The notes below the pieces were generated by a model. It saw nothing but the letters and a program-made list of their open reading frames with translations. It was not told the DNA's origin and made no database searches. The position numbers and the translations under genes were made by a program. Below, one piece after another: positions 50,001 through 60,952 of a DNA stretch of 64,000 nucleotides (position 1 is its first letter; the number at the start of each line of letters is the position of its first letter). This stretch comes from Tubulanus polymorphus. Its lineage: Eukaryota > Animalia > Nemertea. The stretch spans positions 18,265,101-18,329,100 of the forward strand of contig NC_134025.1 in the NCBI RefSeq assembly GCF_964204645.1, in the 5' to 3' direction.

Positions 50001-53000
50001 AAATCAGGTGCAGACAAAAAAATTGCAGAAAAAAGCAATCTCAAGTAGCAAATACAGCGAAAAAGAGCCAGTAATAGTGTATAGGCCTGCATGAAATTGC
50101 ATATTTTTAATCTTAGAAATATCAAATTAATTGATTTAAATTGATAGTGTTAGTGATTGGCAAGTAACTGTTGATAATTGTTAAGCAGCCAGCTTAAGAA
50201 CACATTATTGCTATTTTAGGCTACTCAAACTAATTGTCTGTGTGAGTCTCTCTGTCAGTTCACCGAACAAAGTTTTTCACCTTGTATATATATTTTGCTA
50301 ATAGTCTAGATAAAAAGATCCAGAGCATCACGATGTGTTAAAAACGAAACAATCCATCGAATGTACACTACAAGCTTTACAACGGGAGTCGCTAGAATGA
50401 TTGGCAGTAGTTTGGAAGTCAGCCAATTTCCTGGAAACTTAAACTAGGCCACGCGTCTGAGGCACGTTTTCACACGATGCACACTGACTGCAGTACATTT
50501 GAATATAACCACTGATCACATGAGCTACTATGGTTGATATCATACGAGATATTTCATAGCCGTCGCAGGAAACTTACTAACAGTCGGATGCGTCGGCTTA
50601 TTTTGAAAGCCCTGACTCATTACTCGTGACTGACAATGGCAGGATGGCGGACCTACGGCAAGGGATGAGGGCACAAGGGCGAGCATGGGACACATCTGAA
50701 GGGCACAAGGGCGGCTATTTTCGGGGGCGGGGCGGACCGCCCTTCTATTTTTGGCTAGATGAAGCACTGGGTAAGTGCTGGGTAACAATCATTAGAATAC
50801 ATCATAGCAATTTAACTTACCTTGGTGATAGTTTTTAATTTCTTATTTCGAGGTTCTTGTGACTTCTTCTCTTCTCGTAAACACTTCTCAACGTATGCTT
50901 CATCCGATGTTATAACGAAATAATTTGCAGTCGGCCTACAGGGTTTGGGTTGACAGGGTTTACGTGCTTTAGCTTGATGGTATTTTAGAATATCGCTTAA
51001 TTTACTTGATCTCGAAGAGGTGTTATCAAATGGAAAGTAGTCACTTTGCTGCAAAATAAAGATTTCGAGGTCAGGACGGATGGATTTATTTTATTAAATC
51101 TATTCACTTGTCACTCACCAATGATTTTTCTTTTAACCGCTTCCATGTCATATATAACGCATCACTTTTTAAATCGAACCCCTCTTGATATCTTTTGTCA
51201 TACTTGGCCAGTTGTTGTTTTGTGAGAGTGCTCTCAATCACAGAAAGTGCTCTATCAGCTGGACAGGCTTTAGTGATACTAACTCCGGTTGCAAGATCCT
51301 GTAAAACGATTTTGAATATATTCAAGGCCTCCTATAAAATATCTTAATCTTTTGATATGATATTATTTCTCATCTCAGTCTTACATCAGTCATATCAGTC
51401 TGGTAATCGTTAATTGGTCCTACTACCTGGTTAATTTCAGTTTCTCCCACTATACTGTTGCATGAATTCATCTGAAAATGAAAATATTTTATTGCAACCA
51501 AACGTGAGGACGGTAACATTTCTACATTCATGATTTTACCTCCTTGTTGATGTTTTCAGGTTAATGGAATTGCTTGACGGAAAAGTCCAAAAAAATTCCT
51601 TTTCCCAACTATGACTCCAGGATTATCTGCCATGAGTGTTGAGCAAGTGGACTTCCAGGCCTTTTTTAGTGGCCCAAAAACAGTTCTGCAAATATTTCAA
51701 TGGATAGAATTATATGCCATAATAATAAAACAAAGACAATAATTATACGGATAATTCATAACAAATGGTTTGTCACCTATCTAAAGGCTGGAGCCAATTG
51801 CTTGTGTGCGACGGAAGTTCAACGATCACTATTCTATTTTCTCTGGCTTTCTCTATTAGCTCAACAAAATTGTGACTATTGTGACCATCAACGATAAGAA
51901 GTTGTGGCCGTTCACTCCCAATAGCTTTAAGGAATGTTTCCTCAAACCAAAGTAGACCAATACCCTGTAAGAAAAAGTTACTGGGTATATTGATTGAAGT
52001 TTTTGTGCGGTAATTACCTATTCTTGGCATTACTCATGATCTCGACATTTCTCTTTTCAGGGGTATACCGGTACATCATGAAAATATACACCTACTTGTT
52101 TCGTCCAACCACTGTCACTTGCACTGATGTTCCAATTCTTCGGCGCCCTCTCAACATCAAATCCAGTGGCAGCCAGCCGGGTTTTTCCTTTCACCACAAA
52201 ATGTGGGTTCAGGATTTGCCCGACTGCTGACGCGCAGCCAATCACTGTAACGAGCTCCTTATTTCCGCTCGATCTAACAGGTACTGTCTTTACTCCACGC
52301 CTGAAATTAATTATCTTCAATTTGCATGAAATATATCAAAACTGAATGGCCTTAACCTTCATTTCATTTGATATCATGCTGATTTTTTACTATGACTTAT
52401 GACTTATCTAATATTATTAACTTGCAACAACTTGCGGTGGAGAAAAATCCATTTGGAACCCGGACTCATCCATATTCCAAATTTGGCGCCGCTGAAAATC
52501 ATATCCGTCGATGACACCGCGATATGAATGAAAAAACTTCATAACTCGAACAGGTTGCATGCCTGCCATTCTTACACTAGCAGTTGACTCCGGAGTCCTC
52601 AATGGTAAGTCTGGGTGGCGTTTCTTGAAACCTCTCCACCATTTCTCCGAAGGATTACCACCTAAAAATGGCTTTCCTTTTTTATCTGCAATTTTTCCAG
52701 CGTACCTTAACAATGTTTGTTTATTGAACCCCATTCCCATCTGTGACCTATTGCAGGCAAAGTCCACTAGCTCCCTCTCCTCTTCATGATTGAGTGTCGG
52801 TTGTCCTCCTATTTTTGCCCCCATTTCGATTCTTCCTTTGATTATATCTTGCAGTGTAGACCGAGGTACACCAAATTGTTTGGCAGCTGTCTTGATAGGC
52901 ATACCACCATTTATGGCATCGATAGCATTTGCTTTCTGATCGACAGAATACTGAAGATACCGATTCATCTGAAATTTGTTTCATTTAATTAGATTAAATG

Positions 53001-56000
53001 AAAATTTATTCAAAACTTTTGTCATTTATAATTGTCATGTCATTTTAGTTGCAATAAATATTCCATTAGAAAAATAAAGTTTGATCTCAATAGATAACTA
53101 CTTCCATTCCTTGCAAAAATTGTCACTTTATATAGCTTCAAATAATATTGATGGAGGCCTTATGCACATTTCAATAAATAAAATTATATTGATGAATGAC
53201 GAATTTTTAAACATTAAAAAAAAATATTTTCCAGTATGGAAGTGAGATAGGAACATCATTTCACCAGTCAGTGTACCTGAATTTGGCATGCTAGTTGCCG
53301 TATATTTTTGAAACCGAGTGCCGAATTCGGGTACAGGTAGTAAAACATGTATATTTTTGGCAGCTAATCAATCTTTTAAGCATAGAGTCGATAATTAAAG
53401 CTATTTTTTATCACTTAAGATTGTACTATGTACCTTCAATTTATATTTACGATCGTAGATGACACCAAAAATGATACAAAACTAGGTCAAATCCTAGTAA
53501 AAACAGCGACGGGCCAGCAGCTAGCAGAAGCGATTTCTTCGTCGTCATAAAAGGCGCGATTAACATAAACTCCTCCCCCTAACCAATCAAATTTCTTTAA
53601 CATTCAGGTGTCAGGAATATGGCCTTTGACCTCAACCATTGATATACGATTTGCCATATTAGGTATCTCGTCAATTGACGTGTTTATAACTGTGCCGAAT
53701 TCGGGTACAGTGCCCAATTTAGGTCACCCTCCCCTAATAGATTTAACAATCTGTGACTTTTCATGAAGTCCAGGGTAGTTTTCTGTCTCAGATACTCTAA
53801 GAGGGTGTTAAATTAAATTAGGGGTCCAGGGTCACCAAGCCCACTTGGGAAGTGGTTTCAAATGCTCAACAATCAAACAATTTCAATATTGAACGCCCCA
53901 TCCAATGACCTGGAAAAAATCAAATGACCTTGAAACTCACCACAATCATAGAAGATGTCAGCAGCTACAATTTTGCAATTGATTGTGGTAACAAAATATG
54001 CCTAGGTACCAATATGATAAGGAAATACTAAGTTATTCTACTATTCAACGCCCCCTAGTGACCATGTAGAATAACTAATGTCCTTGAAACTCACCACAAT
54101 CATAGACCATGTCATGAGCTACAACTTTGCAATTGATTGTGGTAACAAAATATGCATAGGTATGAATATAATATAGAAATCCTAAGTTATTGCGTTGTTC
54201 AATGCCCCATGGTGGCCATATACAAAAACCAATGACCTTGAAACTCACCACAATCATAGAGCATGTCATGAGCTACAACTTTCCAATTTATTGTGGTAGC
54301 AAAATATGCATAGGTACGAATATAATAAGAAAATATTAAGTTATCTACAACGCCCCCTGGTGACCATATAGAATGACTTATGTCCTTAAAACCCACCACG
54401 ATCATAGAGCATGTCATGAGCTACAACTTCCCAATTGATTGTGGTAACAAAACATGCAAAATATAAGTATCAATATAATGTGGTAAAACTTTTTTCCACC
54501 TCCGAATGAGTATTGATGACACCAAGATGGCTGCCAATTACGTCATAATCGCCTGATCAAAAATGCCTGTCTTGGGTATAAAAGATCCCTTTCCAAAGAA
54601 TACCAATCAGCTCCAGGCCAACATTGACATTTTTGGGCATAAAACAGGTCACAGGACAGCCATCTTGAGTCCGATCCACCCAATTTTTTCATGCTGATGG
54701 ACCCTTGGGGGATTCAAACATGTACAAAAGATAAAGGTAATTGATAAAAGCCTCTTCAAAATTTCCCTCGAAAACTTCAAAAATGTGTAAAAAGTGCTGA
54801 TTTTGGCTAACAATAATTGCTGCCAGTCCGCCATCTTGAATCTGACAGGGCCAGTTTTTGGGCTGAAGATGTAGGGTAGATACATGCATAAACCAAATAT
54901 CAAGACATTAACTTGAGGGGCCTTCAAAACTTCCCAAAATAACTGGATTCTGTCTACGGACGGACACCGTGACGGACGAAAGAGCCAGCTAGGAGTGAAG
55001 CCCAAGAGGGCTAAAAATTTTCTTGGAGGAGGACCCCCAAACCCCCTGCAATGGCTTAGCACCATCGGTGCTGGCGTTGTCATAGCAGAACAAAGATAAT
55101 ATTTAATCCTGCTGCACTGCAATAAATTTTACCCATGGAAAACACTGAAAATTATCAAAAGATTTCACAGAAATTGATCATGAAAAACAATTCTAAAGGC
55201 CTCAAAATCTCAAAATCGAACCTGGAAGTAAAACAGTAGACAATTTCGCGGGTTCACACGAACACCTGCTGATTTCTACGGCTAAGCCAACCATGGAGGA
55301 GGCTTTGCTTTTTTAAAACAATTTTTTTGCGTTCAGATTTTGGTGAAAAACCTCTAGACTAAATCGGGATCCTTTTTTAAAATTTCACTTCCAAGAAATT
55401 GGTGAATGGATAACGCATAACAGCATAATTGGATAGAATAGCTCAGTTACACAGTCAAAGGGCCTTTCATCTGCAAACCATGCCATCTTAATTTGCTCCA
55501 TTTGTATAGTAATGGGCTCCGCCCATGGCTGAACTGATAAAATTCCACAGAACTATAAGATCAATCAAAACCAACTACAGCCTGTTCCAATTACAACTAT
55601 GGGACCACATAGTAGTGGCTACACTAACCTGACTAATGTCAGCATGGATTTGACGCAGTTCCTCAACATGGGCCATTTTCTCTTGTAACAATAAATCCAT
55701 TTCAACCTTGTAGTCTTGTAAACACCTGTCTTCATTCTCAGTGACATCATATTCCTGCCTTAAACGACTTCGTAATTTTTCGAACTGAATTGTTTTCAGT
55801 CTACAAGATAAAAAAACAAGAACTAACTTTGTAAACATAGGCTTGCTAACATACCACGGTGGAACTTCGTTACAGCAAATTTCACGGGACCAGAAAATTT
55901 GTTCATTATAACTGATAGTTTGTTATATCGAAGATAAGATTAATTAAATTATCTTACTTGAAACAAAATTCTATATTTGTTACTCAATCTAACAATTTCT

Positions 56001-57086
56001 ATTCAACGCCCCCTGGCGACCATATACAAAAACAAGAAGATTTTTTCAAATAAGAAGTTGTTATTTTTCGAAAGGAAAAACTTTTTGCCCTGAGCAGAAA
56101 CAACATTGTTCAAACGAATTTTCCAACAAAAAGTTTTGTTCGAACGAAATCAATTTCAGATAAGAAAATTTCCTTCCAATGAAAACCATTCTGTTCGATC
56201 GAACAGTATACTTTTTGTTAGAACGAGAAAACTGATAAAGCTTATAACATTTTACAACTAAACAGATTCTTTCTGTGTGGTCGGGTTTATCAAGTTCGGC
56301 TTTCTAGTGAATTGTCAATCCATTTCACAATACAGTGCACCAGCTCAACATGAATATGTACGTGTGAGTGGTATCCATTCGCCGGACAAAAGCGACAGTC
56401 AACGTTCCCTGGTAGTATCATTCTATTGGCACCTAAATCCTGATCGTATGAGAGGGCGCAGATCGAGGCTTCCCTACTACGTAACCATCTCATCATAAAC
56501 CTTAGCGTCAAGCAGTAGTGCAAACATGACGCCGAGGTCAGTAAGACGATTCCCACGATTTGACAGGATCGTAGCGAGTCAGCCGCGGCAAAACGGAGCA
56601 TTTGAATTCAACTATATACTAAACAATATTGGTTGTCATGCATGGTGTTTAAATGTGATTAAGAATTGTTTAAAAATCATCTGCATATTGATACAAACGT
56701 TTTTTTCTTCAAGATAATGCCGAGCGTATGAATAATTAATTTTAGTTCAAATATTTTTTAACAAATCTTTTTTATTCACTGAATGTCCTTTGTCTAAAGA
56801 TTAACGGCTTCGTTGATTTTGGTGAGCTTCACACGTTACTAAAACGAGGGCGCTATCATCACAGCTCGGCAGTAAATACTGCAAACGATGGACGCCACTC
56901 ATCGACATGCAATTTTCAGCACAGCACAGCTGGTCTTTTAAGATATCCGTCTAATTTTTGTTGTAATCAACGCACAATAGATTCGTAGTTTGTTTGATAC
57001 CTATAACACCTCACCTGACGATCTTAATCCATGTGCAAATCAGCCATAAAGTGAGAGTAAATTTCCGTCGATTCAACGGCGGCCAT
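41012..57086 (-). CDS. ZC4H2: Zinc finger C4H2 domain-containing protein, exons 1-3 (partial; exon 1 frameshifted)
   Basis: Exon 2 at 55800-55629 ([13 protein letters not shown]...[28 protein letters not shown]) and exon 3 at 41187-41012 ([29 protein letters not shown]) match the ZC4H2 coiled coil as I recall it. Splice sites are canonical. Candidate exon 1 is 57086-57015. Confidence 0.9.
41770..42080 (+). pseudogene. Gypsy/Ty3 reverse transcriptase fragment
   Basis: [51 protein letters not shown] in broken frames. Confidence 0.75.
43330..46373 (+). mobile_element. Degenerate CR1/L2-group LINE (esterase-type ORF1 remnant, APE endonuclease, RT)
   Basis: IVHIGTND and SGIHLN (SGNH esterase); [13 protein letters not shown] and SDHYPIF (EN); [25 protein letters not shown] and FFAD (RT); 3' tail aataaatcaaatcaaatcaaa. 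Many frameshifts. Confidence 0.9.
48887..52968 (-). pseudogene. Intron-containing pogo transposase (psq HTH, CENP-B HTH, DD35D), probably defective
   Basis: [12 protein letters not shown]; [10 protein letters not shown]; IWNMDESGF; [10 protein letters not shown]-(35 aa)-LQPLD. It is interrupted by a MITE and lacks sequence present in copy 2 (the GFRPTGLYPYNP region at ~63640-63730). Confidence 0.85.
49701..50769. mobile_element. Non-autonomous element with 16-bp perfect TIRs and a 5-bp TSD (hAT5-like)
   Basis: CAGTGCTTCATCTAGC ... GCTAGATGAAGCACTG flanked by GGTAA on both sides. The empty site is visible in pogo copy 2 at ~62731-62745. Confidence 0.92.
53815..55017 (+). mobile_element. Near full-length HINE-like family B element with ~150-bp internal tandem repeats
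   Basis: Starts attaggggtccagggtcaccaagcccacttggga. Four ccttgaaactcaccacaatcataga-type units (~53930-54480) follow, then the family B body and a degenerate hairpin. Confidence 0.75.
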
Positions 57087-57287
57087 TTTGAAAACTTGTG
57101 GAGGGTGCTGGCACCTGGGGACTGAGGCCAGGACAACAGCACAAACTAACAAAACGAAATGACGTAATTGAAAAAATTAAGAAATCAACACTTATTCACA
57201 TTTTTCTTCATCCAGAATTTATTAATTATTTATCATGGAAAGCACGAAGATTTGAAATATACGTTGGAAAACCATCAAAAATAAATA

Positions 57288-57885
57288 GCCCATGGGCAAA
57301 GTGTGGTTTACCTTAAAAATAGAGGTTGTTTGGGGTAAGGGCATTGGTTGAAAAATCTTTTTAATTCGTGAGTTCAAAGTTCTACAAGTTTAATTAAATA
57401 TTGTATTTTATCTTTCTTAAAGGATTATCTTGTAGTCAAATAAGACCAAAGATATACATTTGCTTACAGTCCACATCCAAAATTTCGTAGTGTACAGGTA
57501 GGCGCGGCATGGAAACTATTTTATATTTTCAAAGAAATATTTTCATAATATGAAACAATATTCAAATAAAATTCATGTGATGTCACATATCAGAGGGTGG
57601 CTGAATGTATGGCCGCTGAAGCTTAAATACCGGTGCAGTAAGAAATTGGCGTATTAGATCGTTTGAAATCCTGGAATTTACCACTACAATATTCACACCT
57701 CGACCTAAACCTTTAGTTTGCTGCTTAGTATTTTCAGTTCACAAGAAATTACAATTTATTACAAATTCTATCAAACAGAAAACACAGCGCTCATCTGCAG
57801 ATGAAATGTCAAACGCGCCAGCAAGCAGCGTTACAGTATCACTATAGTCGTGTATACTGTGTGTTTGTGTTTGCAACAGTCTAAT
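57288..57885 (+). repeat. Interspersed repeat family A, ~200 bp upstream of the ZC4H2 start
   Basis: Highly similar to 34883-35500. Confidence 0.9.
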
Positions 57886-59148
57886 CTAATGATTTCCGCG
57901 CGCACGTGGAGGCCTTGTGTAAGTGAGTGTTCGCTTGCACTTCAGTGTCAATCAAATCAATCACCGGGTGTCGTGCCTTGACTGACCGGCGACTGGCAAC
58001 GATCTAAATCAACTACAGCGAACGTTTCAAACACATTATATATTATGTATTCATGGTTTGCTACAAAGAAAAAACAAACAAACATTTCAGCAACAATAAT
58101 TATGGTCATTTTTACTTCATGTACCACAAATTATAGCATTTGAAATAATTGATATAATCATATTTAAAGAGAGGCTACTCACAATTTCATGTTCACTGTG
58201 CGACATGTAGAGCTGACACTGAATACACAGATTTCTGATCAAACATTATATATGCCAAAAAGTTATTGAGCCGTTAAGGCATGATATAAGGCATTCACCT
58301 ACACGGAAATGCACAACTCATAAATCTATAATCCATATCAAAACTTGCAGAGTGTAAAAGCCGCAAAGAAAGCATGAAATTACAAATCATAACAAATACA
58401 GAAAAACCATAGCTAATGAATAATTTCTTATATGACAAAATCTTTTAATAATCTAATTATGAATTAAAGGTAATTTCTAACACCGGGTATTAAAATGAAA
58501 CAATACCTATTGCGGATAATAATTACTTTCTCACCAGCAATGAGCATTTGAAATTCGCACGTATACGGCACCTAGTCCAATTAAACGTTTGCCATTCTAT
58601 GGCTTTCCCATAATTATTTTAGTAGCGCCAGAATTCCCCGTATATCCCAAAAACAGCCAATCACATTCGCTCGTAGAGACAGCGCCCCCAATCGAGGTCA
58701 TTGCAATATTATACGCGAGAGCGAAGAATTTTCGCGCCAAAAACCGTTTTTCGTAGCATTTCTACAATGTTGACAATCTCATCCACGGAGGTTCGCTATG
58801 TCATCAATCGCATCGATTACACGTTGTTTAAGCTGAGAACCACAGAAACAAATGCTCACATAAAAAAACGTACTGCAATTTTACATGAATTGGCTCAATG
58901 CCAACTTCATATCGCTGACAAAGGTTAACCGATAAAAATTGTCGTTTCGTCTTGGAAGTTTTATAATAAATCCTTGGAGGTCACCTTGTCTATCATGCCA
59001 CATGTATGCAATGCAGAGAAATGGCGGCCAATGGCGAAATTTGTGGAGAAATTAATTTCTCAAAATAATGTTGATTAATCGCTCGAAACATACATAAATA
59101 TTTTTGAAGTGTTTCTTTTTTCAACTGTGTTTTGACCCTTGTCATTCT

Positions 59149-59462
59149 CAGGGGTTTGGCGATGGGCTTGGATTTTATTTTCGGGTTGTTAATAATCTCG
59201 CGAGAATGGCGCTAAATATGAACCGTGAATAAATTCAAAATATCACGGAAATACCTTGTGTTCATATTGTTTATTTATCCGCTTTAAAGTTCCGATAAAA
59301 AATTGGTCCTTAAGGATCATTATCAAATGGTCGTGACGCTCTATAAAAAATCAAAAGGGATGAAAACCCTTCAAGTCTCGTGCCAGCCAGAAAGTTGGGA
59401 CAGTCACGTGACTTAACGCTTTCTACCCAGAAATAAAATCCAAGCCAATCGCCAAACCCCTG
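59149..59462. mobile_element. 314-bp MITE with ~32-bp TIRs
   Basis: CAGGGGTTTGGCGATgGGCTTGGATTTTATTT ... AAATAAAATCCAAGCCaATCGCCAAACCCCTG. No clean TSD. Confidence 0.8.
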
Positions 59463-60393
59463 TGTTGTCATCCCTAACGTTGGTATAAGCCTATCCAATT
59501 ATAAAAAGCTTAGGGTAGGTTCGGGAGTTTTCGTGCAGCGTCGGGGAATCCAGGCGGAAGTAAACATGGAAGCCCGTGACGTCATATAGCCTCATTTTCG
59601 CGTTTGTTTATTATTGTCTGCGGACGTTCGAAGTTGAAAGCAGTGAGTCTTTAGTTCAAATTCATACTTAAAATCAATGTTTCTTAATATATATTTATCA
59701 ATTTCCCGTTCTTAAAGTCCGCGGGAACCATGTGGTATATGATATCTATCACAAAACTTGATATAATTCATGATTTGATGCTTGAAACAACTCGCGGACC
59801 GGCCCAACTGTCAAAATGCTAATGAGGCATGTGCCCGTGACGTCAGATAATTTATGCGCAAGAAGGGCGTTGTGAAATCTTTACATTTGGAGGGACCATC
59901 TCACCATCTAGTTTCACTACGTGTCGGAGTTAGTTTTTGCGCAGTGTTATGATTTCACTCGCTGCAATTAAATAGGCCTACTGAGGTTGCGTCAGTTTTC
60001 GCGCAGTGACAAAATAAACTAAAAAAACACTCTTGTAATTGACATTATCATAAGTACCCAACGTACAAGTCCCTTTCCGACGTATTGTATGACCAATATC
60101 TATATAATATATGAAAATATAATATATCATTAAGCCTTATAGTTGAAGAAATAATTGCCATAATTTCTGGACCTTGATGTTTTGTGTCAAATGAATATGT
60201 TTCAAGGCCTAAATGCATATTATAAAAGTATGAATAAATTTTAGTTTGAAATACAACATGGTTTTGCGAGCAAGCATGCTGAATTGGCGACTCCTTCGCT
60301 AAGGCCTACTCTATAAGCATGGCCTTTGAAGTGGGCCGGGTATCTCGACCACATTCGAAATAGATAGGCCTAATACCCAGCCAGTTTAGATAG

Positions 60394-60720
60394 GCCTACC
60401 CTAAAAGACTTCTGATTTTCCTACAATAATTCTTATTCAATTTTTTATAGATTTCAGGATCTCTACAGAATTACAGTACTGTTAGCTATTTGTATTTTAT
60501 TTCGACACGTCAAGCCTACATTTGATTATAATTAGGTTAGTAGAGTGTTTAAATTAAAGAAATAGAAAAAACCCTACCCTTAACCAAAAGACTTTTGATT
60601 TTCCAGCAATTATTCTTATTCGATTTTTTTCAGATTTCAGGATCTCTGCGGATTCTCTTTTTGTCACTTTTACTCGGCGGTTCCTAGTTATAATTAGGTG
60701 AGTACGTGTTTGAATAAATC
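60394..60720. repeat. Diverged ~180-bp tandem duplication
   Basis: cctaccct..aaaagactt.tgattttcc..caat.attcttattc.atttttt.agatttcaggatctct at ~60394 and ~60572. Confidence 0.65.
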
Positions 60721-60952
60721 TTTTTCTGCCTGAAATTTGGGTAACCTATACATGTTACACACACGCAATCAATCGCAATATTTTGGTGGATTTCACATTT
60801 AGTGGATCATTTTAACCATTTTACTCCATTACATATCATTATTCCTGAAAGATATTTTCCTTTTCACGTGACAGCTTAGAAGATCAACACATGGACTTGA
60901 ATGATGAGGGGAAACGAGAATTAAAGATCAGAATATTGATTATTTTGCCATA

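Larger units (their letters stand above)
47956..53734 (-). mobile_element. pogo-type DNA transposon, both ends present (copy 1)
   Basis: TIRs GGGGAGGGTGACCT.. (47956) and ..AGGTCACCCTCCCC (53734), flanked by TAA on both sides. Subterminal aattcggcac-like repeats occur at both ends. Confidence 0.92.

Noticed and set aside
54649-55122. 157-aa minus-strand ORF
   Set aside because: It lies in the non-coding family B repeat, and I saw no equivalent long ORF in the other copies.
59572-59846. Two gcccgTGACGTCA (CRE-like) sites upstream of ZC4H2
   Set aside because: They are 2.5 kb from the start and probably inside a repeat. There is no independent evidence of regulatory function.
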